From positions 288,001 to 352,000 of the forward strand of contig CAWEMM010000012.1 of the NCBI GenBank assembly GCA_963810095.1: 64,000 bases of DNA. The letters are read 5' to 3'. Below, in pieces: positions 18,693-28,575 of this stretch; position 1 is the stretch's first letter, and each line of letters starts with the position of its first letter. The stretch is from an uncultured Chloroflexia bacterium (GTDB lineage Bacteria > Chloroflexota > Anaerolineae > CG2-30-64-16). The position numbers and the translations under genes were made by a program. Under the pieces are notes generated by a model, which did not search any database, was not told the DNA's origin, and saw only the letters and a program-made list of their open reading frames with translations.

Positions 18693-19587
18693 CGACGCGG
18701 GGCTACTCGACCGGCGGGCTGCGCGGCGGGCGCCCTGGTTCCTGGTGCTCTGCGCAGTCCTGTGGAGCACCAGCGGGCTGTTTATCAAGCTGGTCGGGTG
18801 GCAGCCGCTCTCGATCATCTGCCTGCGCAGTGCGGTCGCGGCGGTCGTGCTGCTCGCGTTCCTGGCGCTCAGCCGCCGCGCGGGCGACCCGTCGGCCCCA
18901 CGGCTGTTCACCCGCCTGACCGCGCTCGAACTGCTGGGCGCTGCGTGCTACGTCACGACCCAGCTCACCTTCGTCACCGCGACGAAGCTCACTACCGCGG
19001 CAAACGCAATCTTCCTCCAGTACACGGCCCCGCTCTACGTCCTGCTGTTCGGCTGGTTCTTTCTCCACGAACGGCCGCGGCGCGCGGACTGGCTGACCAT
19101 GCCCCTGATCTTCCTCGGCCTCCTGCTCTTCCTGGGCCAAGGCCTCACGCTCCAGGGCCTCACGCAGCCGGGCATGGCGGGGAACCTCTTGGGCGTCATC
19201 AGCGGTGTGACGTTAGCCGGCATGATGATCTGCACGCGTGGGCAGGGCGGGCTGGCCGTCCGGACCTTTCTGATCGGCATGCTGGCCGGTGCGGTGATTG
19301 GGCTGCCGTCGCTGCTCGCAGAGACCATCACCCTGCCCGACGTAGCCATGGTGACCTATCTCGGGGTGTTTCAAATGGGGCTGGCGCTGGTCTTCTACAC
19401 GGTTGGCATCCGGTCCGTCCCGGCCCTGGAGGCGACGCTGATCCTCACGCTCGAGCCGGTGCTGAACCCCGTGTGGGTGTTTCTGGCAATCGGGGAGGCG
19501 CCCGGTGCGCTGGCGCTGCTCGGCGGCGCACTTGTGCTGGCAGCGGTGATCGTGCGAGCCGTTCTGGGGGCGCGGGCTGCCCGCTGA
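18679..19587 (+). CDS. DMT/EamA-family transporter
   Basis: LWSTSGLFIK, TTAANAIFLQYTAP and LEPVLNPVWVFL, with about 10 hydrophobic segments. Start uncertain (18661 or TTG 18679). Confidence 0.9.
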   Translation: MPSSSDAGLLDRRAARRAPWFLVLCAVLWSTSGLFIKLVGWQPLSIICLRSAVAAVVLLAFLALSRRAGDPSAPRLFTRLTALELLGAACYVTTQLTFVTATKLTTAANAIFLQYTAPLYVLLFGWFFLHERPRRADWLTMPLIFLGLLLFLGQGLTLQGLTQPGMAGNLLGVISGVTLAGMMICTRGQGGLAVRTFLIGMLAGAVIGLPSLLAETITLPDVAMVTYLGVFQMGLALVFYTVGIRSVPALEATLILTLEPVLNPVWVFLAIGEAPGALALLGGALVLAAVIVRAVLGARAAR

Positions 19588-19605
19588 CAGCCGTCCGCCG
19601 AGGTG

Positions 19606-20052
19606 CTATAGCGTCCGGGCCGGCTTCAAGCGCTCCCACGGCTCAACCTCTCCCTGGACGACGTTAAACAGCGGGTGCGGCTCGGGCAGCACCAGCCCTT
19701 CCAGCTTTGCGTGCCATTGCGGCCCGCGCTGCTCCAGCTTCGCCCTCAGGTGCGCCAACTCATGGACCAGCTGCCCCTCGGTCACAGGCAGGCACTCGAC
19801 CGGCAGCCGGTCGCCGAGCTTGTCTACGTCAAAGTGGTACCCGCGCCGCGTTCCCTCTTCCCACAGCTCCCACAGGTACGCTTCCAGCGCCGCCAGCGGG
19901 TTCTCGGCCTTGCGAAAGCGGTCGAGCTGCGGGTGGTTTCGGTAGCCCTTGGTCTGGTTGCGCAGGACGGCGCGCGCCAACAGCGCTTCCCGCCAGCAGG
20001 CGACCAGCCCTTGTGGGTCCAGGTACTTCGGGTGAATCGACCAGAGCCGCAT
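19606..20052 (-). CDS. Pyrimidine dimer DNA glycosylase / T4 endonuclease V-like protein
   Basis: MRLWSIHPKYLD.QGLVACWREALLA...GYRNHPQLDRF and RRGYHFD. Confidence 0.85.
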   Translation of the reverse strand: MRLWSIHPKYLDPQGLVACWREALLARAVLRNQTKGYRNHPQLDRFRKAENPLAALEAYLWELWEEGTRRGYHFDVDKLGDRLPVECLPVTEGQLVHELAHLRAKLEQRGPQWHAKLEGLVLPEPHPLFNVVQGEVEPWERLKPARTL

Positions 20053-20070
20053 CGTCCGTATTCCTTACAC

Positions 20071-20115
20071 AAAAAGACCCCCGGGGCAGCCCTGCGACGA
20101 GCAACCCCGGAGGTC
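20071..20115 (-). terminator. Intrinsic terminator after the LysM gene
   Basis: Minus strand GACCTCCGGGGT...GCCCCGGGGGTC followed by TTTTT. Confidence 0.65.
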
Positions 20116-20134
20116 GAGTCTTCCGTCTATACCG

Positions 20135-21382
20135 CTACCACCAACAAGCCGGCGTCAGCGAGCCGACGCTCGAGAGCGGCACCCACACATTGGGATTGGC
20201 GCCGGGCACAGGGCCGATGAAGAACCAAAGCATGTTGTTCTGACTGCCGTCTTTTGCGCCGCGGGTGGCCACAAAGGTGCCCGGATTGGCGAAGGTGCCC
20301 AACTGCGTCCCGCCAACCTGGGCGTAGAATGGCTGTCCTACGAGGATTGCGACCCGGCACTGCTGTCCCTGGTAATCCTTATATACGACGGTACCGCTAC
20401 CGCCCCCCGGGCTGAACGTGACAGGGACGCTGACCGCCTGTGCATTCGGCGTCTGGGGCGCGTACGCCACGACGAAGCCGGCAGTTGGCTGGGGCACGCT
20501 GACGGTTAGCTGCACGGAGAACGTGCCCGGACCGCCTGCGCCCACATTCGTACCCTGCAGCGTCGTCGGCACTTCGGCAAGAACCACGCCCAGGTTGGTA
20601 ACCGCACGGACGACCAGCGAGCCCTCAAACAACCCCTGCCCACTGCCCGTTACCGTAAAGGTCGGCGGCAGCGTCGCGTTCGGCGCCGGGAGGGTAATCT
20701 GGATGCGGGATTGGACCGGCGTGGGAACGGTTGGAATGGGCGTGATCGGGATCACGGTCGGCACGACGACGGGCGGACAGTTGTTGCCGGGGTACGACGG
20801 CTGGCACGGCTGGATAGGCGGCAGCGGCTGGCAGTTGTTCCAACCGCCGCAGCTGGGGATCACCAGGCGCTGGCCCGCCCAGATGAACCAGGGGTTAATG
20901 CCGTTCGCCTGGCAGAGCGTGTTCACAGTGATGCCGAATCGCTGGGCAATGGACCACGACGTGTCGCCCAGCGCGACGGTGTAAATGTTGCCGTTAAGCC
21001 AACCGCGGGCGTGCAGGGTCGGGCCCCTGTCGCAGCCTCCACTCGGGCACCCCCCGCAGTTCGGGCCGGTGCACCCGCCGCAGTTCCATCCGGTGCATCC
21101 GCCGCAGTTCGGGCCGGTGCACCCGCCGCCACCGCCGCACTGGTTGACCACCCGCAGCTGCATGCCGGGATAGAGCATGTTCGGATTCGAGATCACCGCG
21201 CCGTTGAGGTTAGTCAACTCCTGCACGCTCATGCAGTAACGGGTCGCGATGCTGTACGCCGTGTCGCCGGGCTGCACGACATAGATCGTGATCTGGCCGG
21301 CCTGCGCGCTCGCCGCAAGCGGCGTGACGCTCAACAGGAGCACCGTGAGCAAAACGACCGAGATGGGAACCAGGCGCTTCAT
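20135..21382 (-). CDS. Secreted protein with two LysM domains, Cys/Gly-rich repeats and a Gmad2-like Ig domain
   Basis: Signal peptide MKRLVPIS...ASA. LysM domains YVVQPGDTAYSIATRY and YTVALGDTSWSIAQRFG. Gmad2-like segment VTGSGQGLFEGSLVVRAV. Confidence 0.88.
   Translation of the reverse strand: MKRLVPISVVLLTVLLLSVTPLAASAQAGQITIYVVQPGDTAYSIATRYCMSVQELTNLNGAVISNPNMLYPGMQLRVVNQCGGGGGCTGPNCGGCTGWNCGGCTGPNCGGCPSGGCDRGPTLHARGWLNGNIYTVALGDTSWSIAQRFGITVNTLCQANGINPWFIWAGQRLVIPSCGGWNNCQPLPPIQPCQPSYPGNNCPPVVVPTVIPITPIPTVPTPVQSRIQITLPAPNATLPPTFTVTGSGQGLFEGSLVVRAVTNLGVVLAEVPTTLQGTNVGAGGPGTFSVQLTVSVPQPTAGFVVAYAPQTPNAQAVSVPVTFSPGGGSGTVVYKDYQGQQCRVAILVGQPFYAQVGGTQLGTFANPGTFVATRGAKDGSQNNMLWFFIGPVPGANPNVWVPLSSVGSLTPACWW
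21047..21127. repeat. 24-bp tandem repeat (3 copies plus a partial) encoding CTG(P/W)NCGG
   Basis: GCA(C/T)CC(C/G)CCGCAGTTC(GGG/CAT)CCGGT is repeated at 21047, 21071 and 21095. Confidence 0.9.
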
Positions 21383-21471
21383 GCGGCCCTCCTCGCAATG
21401 CAGGTTGCTCGCTGATAGGTTCGATGACACTATAGCAGAAAAGCACCGCAATTGCAAGAAGTAAATATTAT

Positions 21472-22767
21472 TTAGTTGGCACGAACCACCGGCACTTTTC
21501 CGGTGTGGGCGGCAATGGTCACCGACGCAGCCACCCAGGCCTGCTTGTCCTTGAGCTGCACTTGCCACCAGGCCCGGTCCGACGTGACGCCCACCACCGG
21601 GAGGCTGTCGCCGGGCTTCATCTTCCCAACCACGAGCGCACCGGTGCGGGGCCCTGCCCGCAGGTTCACTTCGCTGCCGCCCGCGTAGACCCGAGGACCG
21701 CTTTTCGGCGACAGATCAACCGGCGCACGCAGCCAGCGGTCGAAGAATGCGACGGTGGACTTCATCGCCTCGGCAAAGTGGCGGCTGATGTTATGGTCGT
21801 CTCCGCGGTATTCCCGCAGCGAGATGGGCATTCCCGCGGCCGCCCCCTGATCGTAAAGCAGTTCGGAGAACTCGACCGGCACGACCGGATCGCCTTGCGC
21901 ATGGTGCAGTTGGATCGGTCCGGCCAGATCGTCGAGAAAGTAATTGGCGGAAAGGTCCTGCCAGAGGGCCGGATTGGCCGGTGGGAGCGGGTGCGCGGTG
22001 TAGAGACTCATGCCGTTGCTGCGCGCGGCGTAGAGCGAATCTGCGGACAGTTTGTCGCCGGGCCGGCCCGCCCACACCAATTCCTCGTAGCCGGCGACCA
22101 CGCCACCCCAGATCACCCCGGCCTTGATGTCGGGCGAGGACACCATCGCTCGCAGCGTGATCCAACCGCCCATCGAATGCCCCCACATGCCGATGCGTCC
22201 GGGATCGACCTCGCTAAAACGCTTGAGGGAGGAAACTGCGTTCAGCACGTCGATGGTGTAGGCCGGCGACTGGTAGGGACCGGGCGCCTGGCCTGCGGAG
22301 TGGCCGTGGCCGCGGTAATCCGGCTTGAAGACCACGTAGCCGGCCCGGGCAAGGGCATCGACGTAGGCCACGTAGCGCTCGGTGGTCACGTACTCCTTTG
22401 GGGGGATGTAACCATGATTGAACACGATCGTCGGCCAGCCGGAAGCAGGCCGCTTGCCGGCCGGCACGGTCAGGAGCCCGTATTGTTTCAGACCTTCGGA
22501 AGTGTAGGAGGCAATGTAGCGGTAATAGTTCACTCCGGACGCAAGCTTCTGCTCAATTTTCAGATCGCTGCCCGGATACTTCTGCTGCTTCAAGTACGTG
22601 ATAGACAGCTCGTCTGAGCGGTCGTGGGAGACAACACTGTCGGCTGAGGGGCTTCGGACCGCGCCTGGGGACGGACGCGCCTCGCTCACACCCGTGGTGG
22701 CACACACGAGGACGAGGCAGATCAGAAGCACCGGCAGCCGCACGCGGGGGAAGTGCAAGCCGGTCAT
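21472..22767 (-). CDS. Secreted alpha/beta hydrolase (peptidase S9-like) with C-terminal bacterial SH3 domain
   Basis: FNHGYIPP, PDYRGHG, nucleophile elbow GHSMGG, GDPVVP and GDDHN. C-terminus VNLRAGP...WWQV...WVAAS. Confidence 0.9.
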   Translation of the reverse strand: MTGLHFPRVRLPVLLICLVLVCATTGVSEARPSPGAVRSPSADSVVSHDRSDELSITYLKQQKYPGSDLKIEQKLASGVNYYRYIASYTSEGLKQYGLLTVPAGKRPASGWPTIVFNHGYIPPKEYVTTERYVAYVDALARAGYVVFKPDYRGHGHSAGQAPGPYQSPAYTIDVLNAVSSLKRFSEVDPGRIGMWGHSMGGWITLRAMVSSPDIKAGVIWGGVVAGYEELVWAGRPGDKLSADSLYAARSNGMSLYTAHPLPPANPALWQDLSANYFLDDLAGPIQLHHAQGDPVVPVEFSELLYDQGAAAGMPISLREYRGDDHNISRHFAEAMKSTVAFFDRWLRAPVDLSPKSGPRVYAGGSEVNLRAGPRTGALVVGKMKPGDSLPVVGVTSDRAWWQVQLKDKQAWVAASVTIAAHTGKVPVVRAN

Positions 22768-23288
22768 GGGTGTTTTCCTCTGTGGGATGATTGGGACGCG
22801 GCTGTACGCTCACCCTGCTGCCTGCACCGATCGAGCCGTCGCATCAGGTGCCGAGCGACGCGGTGGCTCCCTGTGAGGAGGTTCCCGATTGGAGCAAAGC
22901 CGGCCAGGTTGGTGGCCCGGATAACGCCCCGCCACTCGGTGCAGCTTGTGAGCCAATGCTCCCAAGCGGAACGCCGCAACTGGACGAGATCCCGGCTCGA
23001 CTGCCGAAGATTAAGGGCAGCCATGACAGAGGATGAATGTAAGGTCAGTTTAGCATAGGGGGGCAGAATTACAAAACTATCAGATGACCGCTCGGGCGTT
23101 TGACAACATGCACATGCAGAGATCGACCCGGGACGGCGGAAATGTGTTGGCCGAAACAGTCGGCGCGGCCCGCGCCTGATAGAGTCTCTGTGAAAACTCG
23201 ATCAACGGGCGATCTTCGCATAGAATGACGCGGGCACCCCTTCTGACTGGGGCTTGGTATCCGTTAGCATCAAAGTAAGCGAGGCATC

Positions 23289-26069
23289 ATGGCAGACGAG
23301 AGCGGTATGTTGTCCCCGGAGTGGCACACGCTGGGCGCCGAGGACGTGCTCCGCCGGCTGGACGTGGACCCGCAGCGCGGGTTGGATGACGGGGAAGTAC
23401 AGGCCCGGCAGGCGCAGTATGGCCGCAACGAGTTGGAGGAATCGCGGGGCCGTCCGCCCCTCGCCATCCTTCTCGACCAGTTCAAGGAGACAATGGTGAT
23501 CGTGCTCATCGTTGCCGCGATCATCTCCGTCGTTCTGGGCGAGGGCAAAGACGCGGCGGTGATCCTCGTCATCGTGGTCCTCAACGCGATCCTCGGCTTC
23601 ACGCAGGAATACCGCGCCGAGCAGGCGATGGCCGCGCTCAAGAAGATGTCAAACCCGGTGGTTAAGGTGCGACGCAACGGCGCGCTCCAGAAAATCGGAT
23701 CCGATCAACTGGTGCCGGGCGACATCATCGCGATCGAGGCGGGCGATTCCATCCCCGCGGACGCCCGGCTCGTCGAGGCGGTCAACCTGCGCGTGCAGGA
23801 GGCTGCCCTCACGGGCGAGTCGACGCCGGTCGACAAGGACCTGATCGGCACGTTTGCCCCGGACGCGGCCCTGGGCGACCGCCACAACATGATCTTCATG
23901 GGCACGGCCGTGACCCTGGGGAGAGGCGTGGGCGCCATCGTGGAAACCGGGATGCGGACGCAGCTCGGGCATATTGCGCACATGATCCAGAGCGCGGAGG
24001 ACGTCAAGACGCCGCTGCAGAAGAGAATGGCCCGCCTGGGCACTTCGCTTGCGATCGTGGCTCTGGTCATCGTCGCAGTAGTATTCGCGCTGGGCCTGCT
24101 GCGCGGTGAAGAGATCGGCCCGCTGTTCCTCACCTCAGTTGCGATGGCCGTGGCCGTGATCCCCGAAGGGCTGCCCGCGGTCGTGACGATCGCGCTGGCG
24201 CTCGGCGCACAGCGCATGCTCCGCCGCAAGGCATTGATCCGCAACCTGCCCGCAGTCGAGACGCTCGGCTCGGTGACGACCATCTGCTCGGACAAGACGG
24301 GCACGCTGACCGAGAACCGGATGACCGTCGTGCTGCTCGACGTGGCGGGCCAGAGCCAGACCCTTGCCGAGGTCTTGCGCCACGACATGCCCGTACTCCA
24401 GGCAAACGAGGCCAAGCGCCGGGATGGCGCGGACCCCAGTCAGGCCGCCCACGCCATGCTGCTCGCCGCGGCTGCCCTCGCAAACGATGCGGTGCTGCAG
24501 GCCGACCCGCAGAGCGAAGGTGACTTCACCACGATCGGCGACCCGACCGAGGGCGCGCTGGTGGTCGCCGCGGCCCGGCGCGGGCTGTGGAAAAACGACC
24601 TGGACGCGATCTTCCCGCGGGTGGGCGAAGCGCCGTTCACTTCCGAGCGCAAGCTGATGACGACGGTGCACCGGCTGCCGCCCAACGAACCCGCGTCTGT
24701 CATCAATCCGTACCTCCGTAGCATGCTGGAAGCCGAGGGGACGCCGTACGTCGCGCTGACCAAGGGCGCGCCCGACCAACTGCTCAATGTATGCAACCGG
24801 GTCTGGGTCAATGACGCGTTCCAGCCGCTGGACGACGGTTGGCGGCAGCGTATTCGCGACGCAAACGCCAAGCTCGCAGCGGACGGGCTGCGGGTGTTGG
24901 GCGTGGCGATCCGGCCGTTGCCCGAGGCGCCACAGCCCGGCAAGGCCGAAGCCGTGGAGCGCGACCTGGCGATGGTGGGGCTGATCGGGATGATCGACCC
25001 GCCGCGGGCTGAAGTGCGCGACGCAGTGGCCACTTGCCGCAGGGCAGGCATTCGCCCCGTCATGATCACCGGCGATCACCCCCTCACCGCGACCCGCATC
25101 GCGGCGGACCTGGGTATCAGCGAGAACGAGCGCGTGCTGACCGGGCAGGAACTGGCCGTCATGTCTGACTCAGATCTCGACCGGCTGGTGGGCGAAGTTA
25201 ATGTGTACGCCCGTGTCTCGCCAGAACACAAGCTGCGCATCGTCAATGCGCTGCAGCGGCAGGGGCAGGTGTCCGCGATGACGGGCGATGGGGTGAACGA
25301 CGCGCCCGCGCTGCGCCAGGCAGACATCGGCGTGGCAATGGGGATCACGGGCACGGACGTCTCGAAGGAAGCATCAGACATGGTGCTGCTGGACGACAAC
25401 TTCGCGACCATCGTCAATGCGGTGGCCGAGGGCCGGGTCATCTACGACAACGTCCGGAAGTTCATCCGCTACACGCTCACCTCAAATGCGGGCGAGATCG
25501 TCGCGCTGCTCGTCGCGCCGTTCTTCGGCATGCCCATTCCGCTGACCGCCATCCAAATCCTGTGGGTCAACCTCGTGACGGACGGCCTGCCGGGGCTGGC
25601 GCTGGGCGTCGAGCCCCCCGAGCGGAACACGATGAACCGGCCGCCCTACCCCGCCAACGAGAACGTCTTTGCACGCGGCATGGCCCTGCAGATCCTCGTC
25701 ATCGGCTTCGTCATGGGCGCGGTCTCGCTCCTGATGGGCTACCTGGAGTGGCGGGCAGGCAATCCGGCGTGGGTCACGATGGTATTCATGACCCTGACGC
25801 TATCACAGATGGGCAACGCGCTGGCCATCCGGTCGGACCGGGACTCGCTGTTCCGCATCGGGCTGCTGTCGAACAAGCCGATGCTCGGCGCGGTCCTCCT
25901 GACCTTCCTGCTTCAACTCGTGGTGACGTACGTCCCGTTCTTCCAGGATATCTTCGGAACGCAAGCACTGACGGCTGGCGAGCTCGCGATCAGCCTGGCG
26001 GCGAGCACCGTCGTCTTCATCGTGAGCGAAATCTGGAAAGCGATCCTGCGCCGGCAATCGGGGGAATGA
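23289..26069 (+). CDS. P-type ATPase, P2A (Ca2+-transporting) type
   Basis: LTGES, IPEGLP, CSDKTGTLT, KGAP, MITGDH, TGDGVNDAPAL and WVNLVTDGLP. Confidence 0.97.
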   Translation: MADESGMLSPEWHTLGAEDVLRRLDVDPQRGLDDGEVQARQAQYGRNELEESRGRPPLAILLDQFKETMVIVLIVAAIISVVLGEGKDAAVILVIVVLNAILGFTQEYRAEQAMAALKKMSNPVVKVRRNGALQKIGSDQLVPGDIIAIEAGDSIPADARLVEAVNLRVQEAALTGESTPVDKDLIGTFAPDAALGDRHNMIFMGTAVTLGRGVGAIVETGMRTQLGHIAHMIQSAEDVKTPLQKRMARLGTSLAIVALVIVAVVFALGLLRGEEIGPLFLTSVAMAVAVIPEGLPAVVTIALALGAQRMLRRKALIRNLPAVETLGSVTTICSDKTGTLTENRMTVVLLDVAGQSQTLAEVLRHDMPVLQANEAKRRDGADPSQAAHAMLLAAAALANDAVLQADPQSEGDFTTIGDPTEGALVVAAARRGLWKNDLDAIFPRVGEAPFTSERKLMTTVHRLPPNEPASVINPYLRSMLEAEGTPYVALTKGAPDQLLNVCNRVWVNDAFQPLDDGWRQRIRDANAKLAADGLRVLGVAIRPLPEAPQPGKAEAVERDLAMVGLIGMIDPPRAEVRDAVATCRRAGIRPVMITGDHPLTATRIAADLGISENERVLTGQELAVMSDSDLDRLVGEVNVYARVSPEHKLRIVNALQRQGQVSAMTGDGVNDAPALRQADIGVAMGITGTDVSKEASDMVLLDDNFATIVNAVAEGRVIYDNVRKFIRYTLTSNAGEIVALLVAPFFGMPIPLTAIQILWVNLVTDGLPGLALGVEPPERNTMNRPPYPANENVFARGMALQILVIGFVMGAVSLLMGYLEWRAGNPAWVTMVFMTLTLSQMGNALAIRSDRDSLFRIGLLSNKPMLGAVLLTFLLQLVVTYVPFFQDIFGTQALTAGELAISLAASTVVFIVSEIWKAILRRQSGE

Positions 26070-26080
26070 AACGGGAGATC

Positions 26081-26199
26081 AACCACAAAGGCACGAAGTC
26101 ACTAAGGTTCACGAAGTTTCTTCTGACTTCAGCACAGTGAGGTCATAGATATCAAGAAATGGTCTTCGGGGGGCTTTGTGACTTCGTGTCTTTGTGGTT
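26081..26199. repeat. Intergenic palindromic repeat, family A (best-preserved copy)
   Basis: AACCACAAAGGCACGAAGTCACTAAG ... CTTTGTGACTTCGTGTCTTTGTGGTT: 26-bp near-perfect inverted arms. Confidence 0.85.
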
Positions 26200-26281
26200 A
26201 TAAAAGATTCGCGTGCCACATCTCCGCCCGCTTGCGTTTGTGCTCCTCATCACATAGAATGGCCCTAAAAGGAGGATCCCC

Positions 26282-27260
26282 ATGATCCCCAACCAATGGT
26301 ACGCGGTCCTGGAATCCCACGAGGTCAAGCGAGGCAAGCCGGTCGGCGTCACCCGCATGGGTGAGAAGATGGTTTTCTGGCGCGATCCGGCAGGGAAGGT
26401 GGTGGCTCAGGCCGACCTGTGCCCGCACCGTGGCGTCGCACTGAGCGCGGGCCAGATTGAAGGGCGACTGCATCATGTGCCCCTTCCATGGCTTCCTCTT
26501 CGACAGCTCGGGCCGGTGCACGTTAATTCCCGCAAACGGCGCCAACACCCCCATCCCCAAAGCCTTCAACGTCAGAACCTATCCCACCTACGAGGCGAAC
26601 GACTTCATTTTCCTCTATTGGGGTGAACCCAAAGGGGACATCGGTAAGCCCCCCTGGTTCGCCGATATCGACGCGAGCTTCTCGTACGCCTCGGGTTCGG
26701 ATCACTGGCCAACGCACTACTCGCGCTGCATCGAAAACCAGCTCGACGTCCCGCACGTGCCGTTCGTCCACAAGACCACTATCGGGCGCGGCTCGGGCAC
26801 CATCATCGACGGTCCGTGGGTGACATGGACTGCTGACGACCGGTTCAATATCGTCCCGCTCTACCGCACGGAGGACGGCAGTACCGCGATTCGGGCGGAC
26901 CAGGCTCCTGTGCCCCAGAAAGAATTCCACCTCGAATTCATCTTCCCGAACCTGTGGCAGAACTACCTTTCGGAGAAGCTCCGGGCAATGCTGGCCTTTG
27001 TCCCCGTCGACGACGAGAACACGGTCATCTATCTGCGGCAATACCAGAAGTTCGTGGGGACGCCTGGGGTGCGCACTGTGGTCAACAAGCTGTCCATGCC
27101 GTTCAACAAATTGATTCTGCGGCAGGACAAGCGCCCTGTCATCACCGAGCGGCCGAAGGCCACCAGCTTGCGCATGGGCGAAAAGCTCATCCCCGCCGAC
27201 GGGCCGATCATCGAGTATCGCCGCCACCGGCAGAAGCTGATCGACGCGGCGAACTGCTAG
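26282..27260 (+). CDS. Rieske non-heme iron oxygenase alpha subunit (VanA-like), frameshift near 26460
   Basis: Rieske ligands CPHRG and CPFHG fall on either side of the frameshift. Mononuclear iron motif ENQLDVPHVPFVH and a C-terminal QD. Confidence 0.9.
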
Positions 27261-27288
27261 GCCAGCCGTTCGGAGCCCCGAAGAGCCC

Positions 27289-27690
27289 TCACGGCTTCTT
27301 GCTCTTCGGGGCCTTCTTTGCCTTGGGCGGCAGCGTCGCGGCGTAGGTTAGCGCCTTGTCCAGCCAGGCAGTCCATTCCTGAGGCGCTGCGGACATCGCC
27401 TCCGAAGTCTGCACGTACTCTCGCATCGGCCGTTGTCCCATCGGGGTGAAGACCGCCGCGCCCGGCAAGGTCAGGAACGCTGCCCGGTCATCCGGCGCCA
27501 GCCGGAAGAAGATCCGTTCTCCGAAAACTCCGGCAAACATGTTCCCGCTGTAGAATGCGCACGGGCAGCCGAACATCTTTCGCGCCTCTACGGCCGGCAG
27601 CGGACGTATTGCTTCTCCAAACGCCTCAACCAGCTCCAATGGCGGCTTGGGCCACCGGCCCATGCTGCCGCCAGCAGTCTCTGCTGTCAT
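27289..27690 (-). CDS. TfoX/Sxy N-terminal domain protein
   Basis: RKMFGCPCAFYSGNMFAGVF, F.PMG.RPMREYV and W..KALTYAATLPPK. Confidence 0.85.
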   Translation of the reverse strand: MTAETAGGSMGRWPKPPLELVEAFGEAIRPLPAVEARKMFGCPCAFYSGNMFAGVFGERIFFRLAPDDRAAFLTLPGAAVFTPMGQRPMREYVQTSEAMSAAPQEWTAWLDKALTYAATLPPKAKKAPKSKKP

Positions 27691-27765
27691 CTGCCCCTCC
27701 CATAGACGCGACGAATCCCCACGGATTATAACACCGTGGGGATTCGCGCTGGACGCGGCAGCCTG

Positions 27766-28575
27766 CTAGAGTTCTTGCCGGCGGAAGACGATGATCGCAA
27801 TGGCGACGAACAGCGCCGAGGCAAACACGGCAAAGTAGACGGCGGTCAGCGGCGTGGGCTGGCCTGCCAGCAGCGCCATCGACACACTCTTTGCGTCGGC
27901 CGAGCTGCCGTTTATCGGCATGGCCAGGGTCCACGGCAGCAGGTTCGCCAACGCCGGATTGAGCTCCGCCAGCTTGGGCGCGAGGAACTGCTGTGCAAAC
28001 AGGAACGCCATCGGCAGGCCAATGACCGGGGCCGGGTGATCGAGAAGCACGCCCAACATCAGGGTGAGCGTCAGGTAGAAGAGGATGTTGGCGAAGAGCG
28101 CGCCCAGGGCTGCCAGCCAGTCGAGTGGCGGCACCCACGTGCCGAGCACGAGCCCGGTGATCAGGTAAGCAATGAGCCCCTGCGCCAGCACCATCGTGAC
28201 GAGAATGCCGAGCGTGTTGGCAACGAACTTCGAGAGGATGAACGCCGGACGCGAGAGCGGCTTGGACAGCACCCACGCCGCCGTGCCCGCGCGCTTCTCG
28301 CCGATCACCGCGTTCTGCATGATGATTGTCACACCGATCGGGCCCGCGATCCCCATGAAGATGCAAAAGATCATGCTCAGGTCGAACCCCGCATTTTGGG
28401 CGTTGAGCGCAGTGATCAGGTAGATCAGGTTGATCGAAGCAGCCCAGATCAGGATTTGGTTGAGCCATGTGCGGGTGGCGAACCACGCGCCCAACTCGCC
28501 GCGCAGCATATTCCGCAGACCGCGCGTCCACCCCCCGCCCGTCTCCATAATCATCGCACTGTTACCGCTGGCCAT
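27766..28575 (-). CDS. ABC-2 type transporter permease
   Basis: AVIGEKRAGTAAWVLSKPLSR...ILSKF, six TM segments, and C-terminal FRRQEL. Confidence 0.9.
   Translation of the reverse strand: MASGNSAMIMETGGGWTRGLRNMLRGELGAWFATRTWLNQILIWAASINLIYLITALNAQNAGFDLSMIFCIFMGIAGPIGVTIIMQNAVIGEKRAGTAAWVLSKPLSRPAFILSKFVANTLGILVTMVLAQGLIAYLITGLVLGTWVPPLDWLAALGALFANILFYLTLTLMLGVLLDHPAPVIGLPMAFLFAQQFLAPKLAELNPALANLLPWTLAMPINGSSADAKSVSMALLAGQPTPLTAVYFAVFASALFVAIAIIVFRRQEL

Noticed and set aside
21047-21127. CRISPR-like array
   Set aside because: The 24-bp units are contiguous, in-frame coding repeats without spacers, and there are no cas genes.
23050-23288. yybP-ykoY riboswitch upstream of the P-type ATPase
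   Set aside because: I could not find the conserved core motifs by eye.
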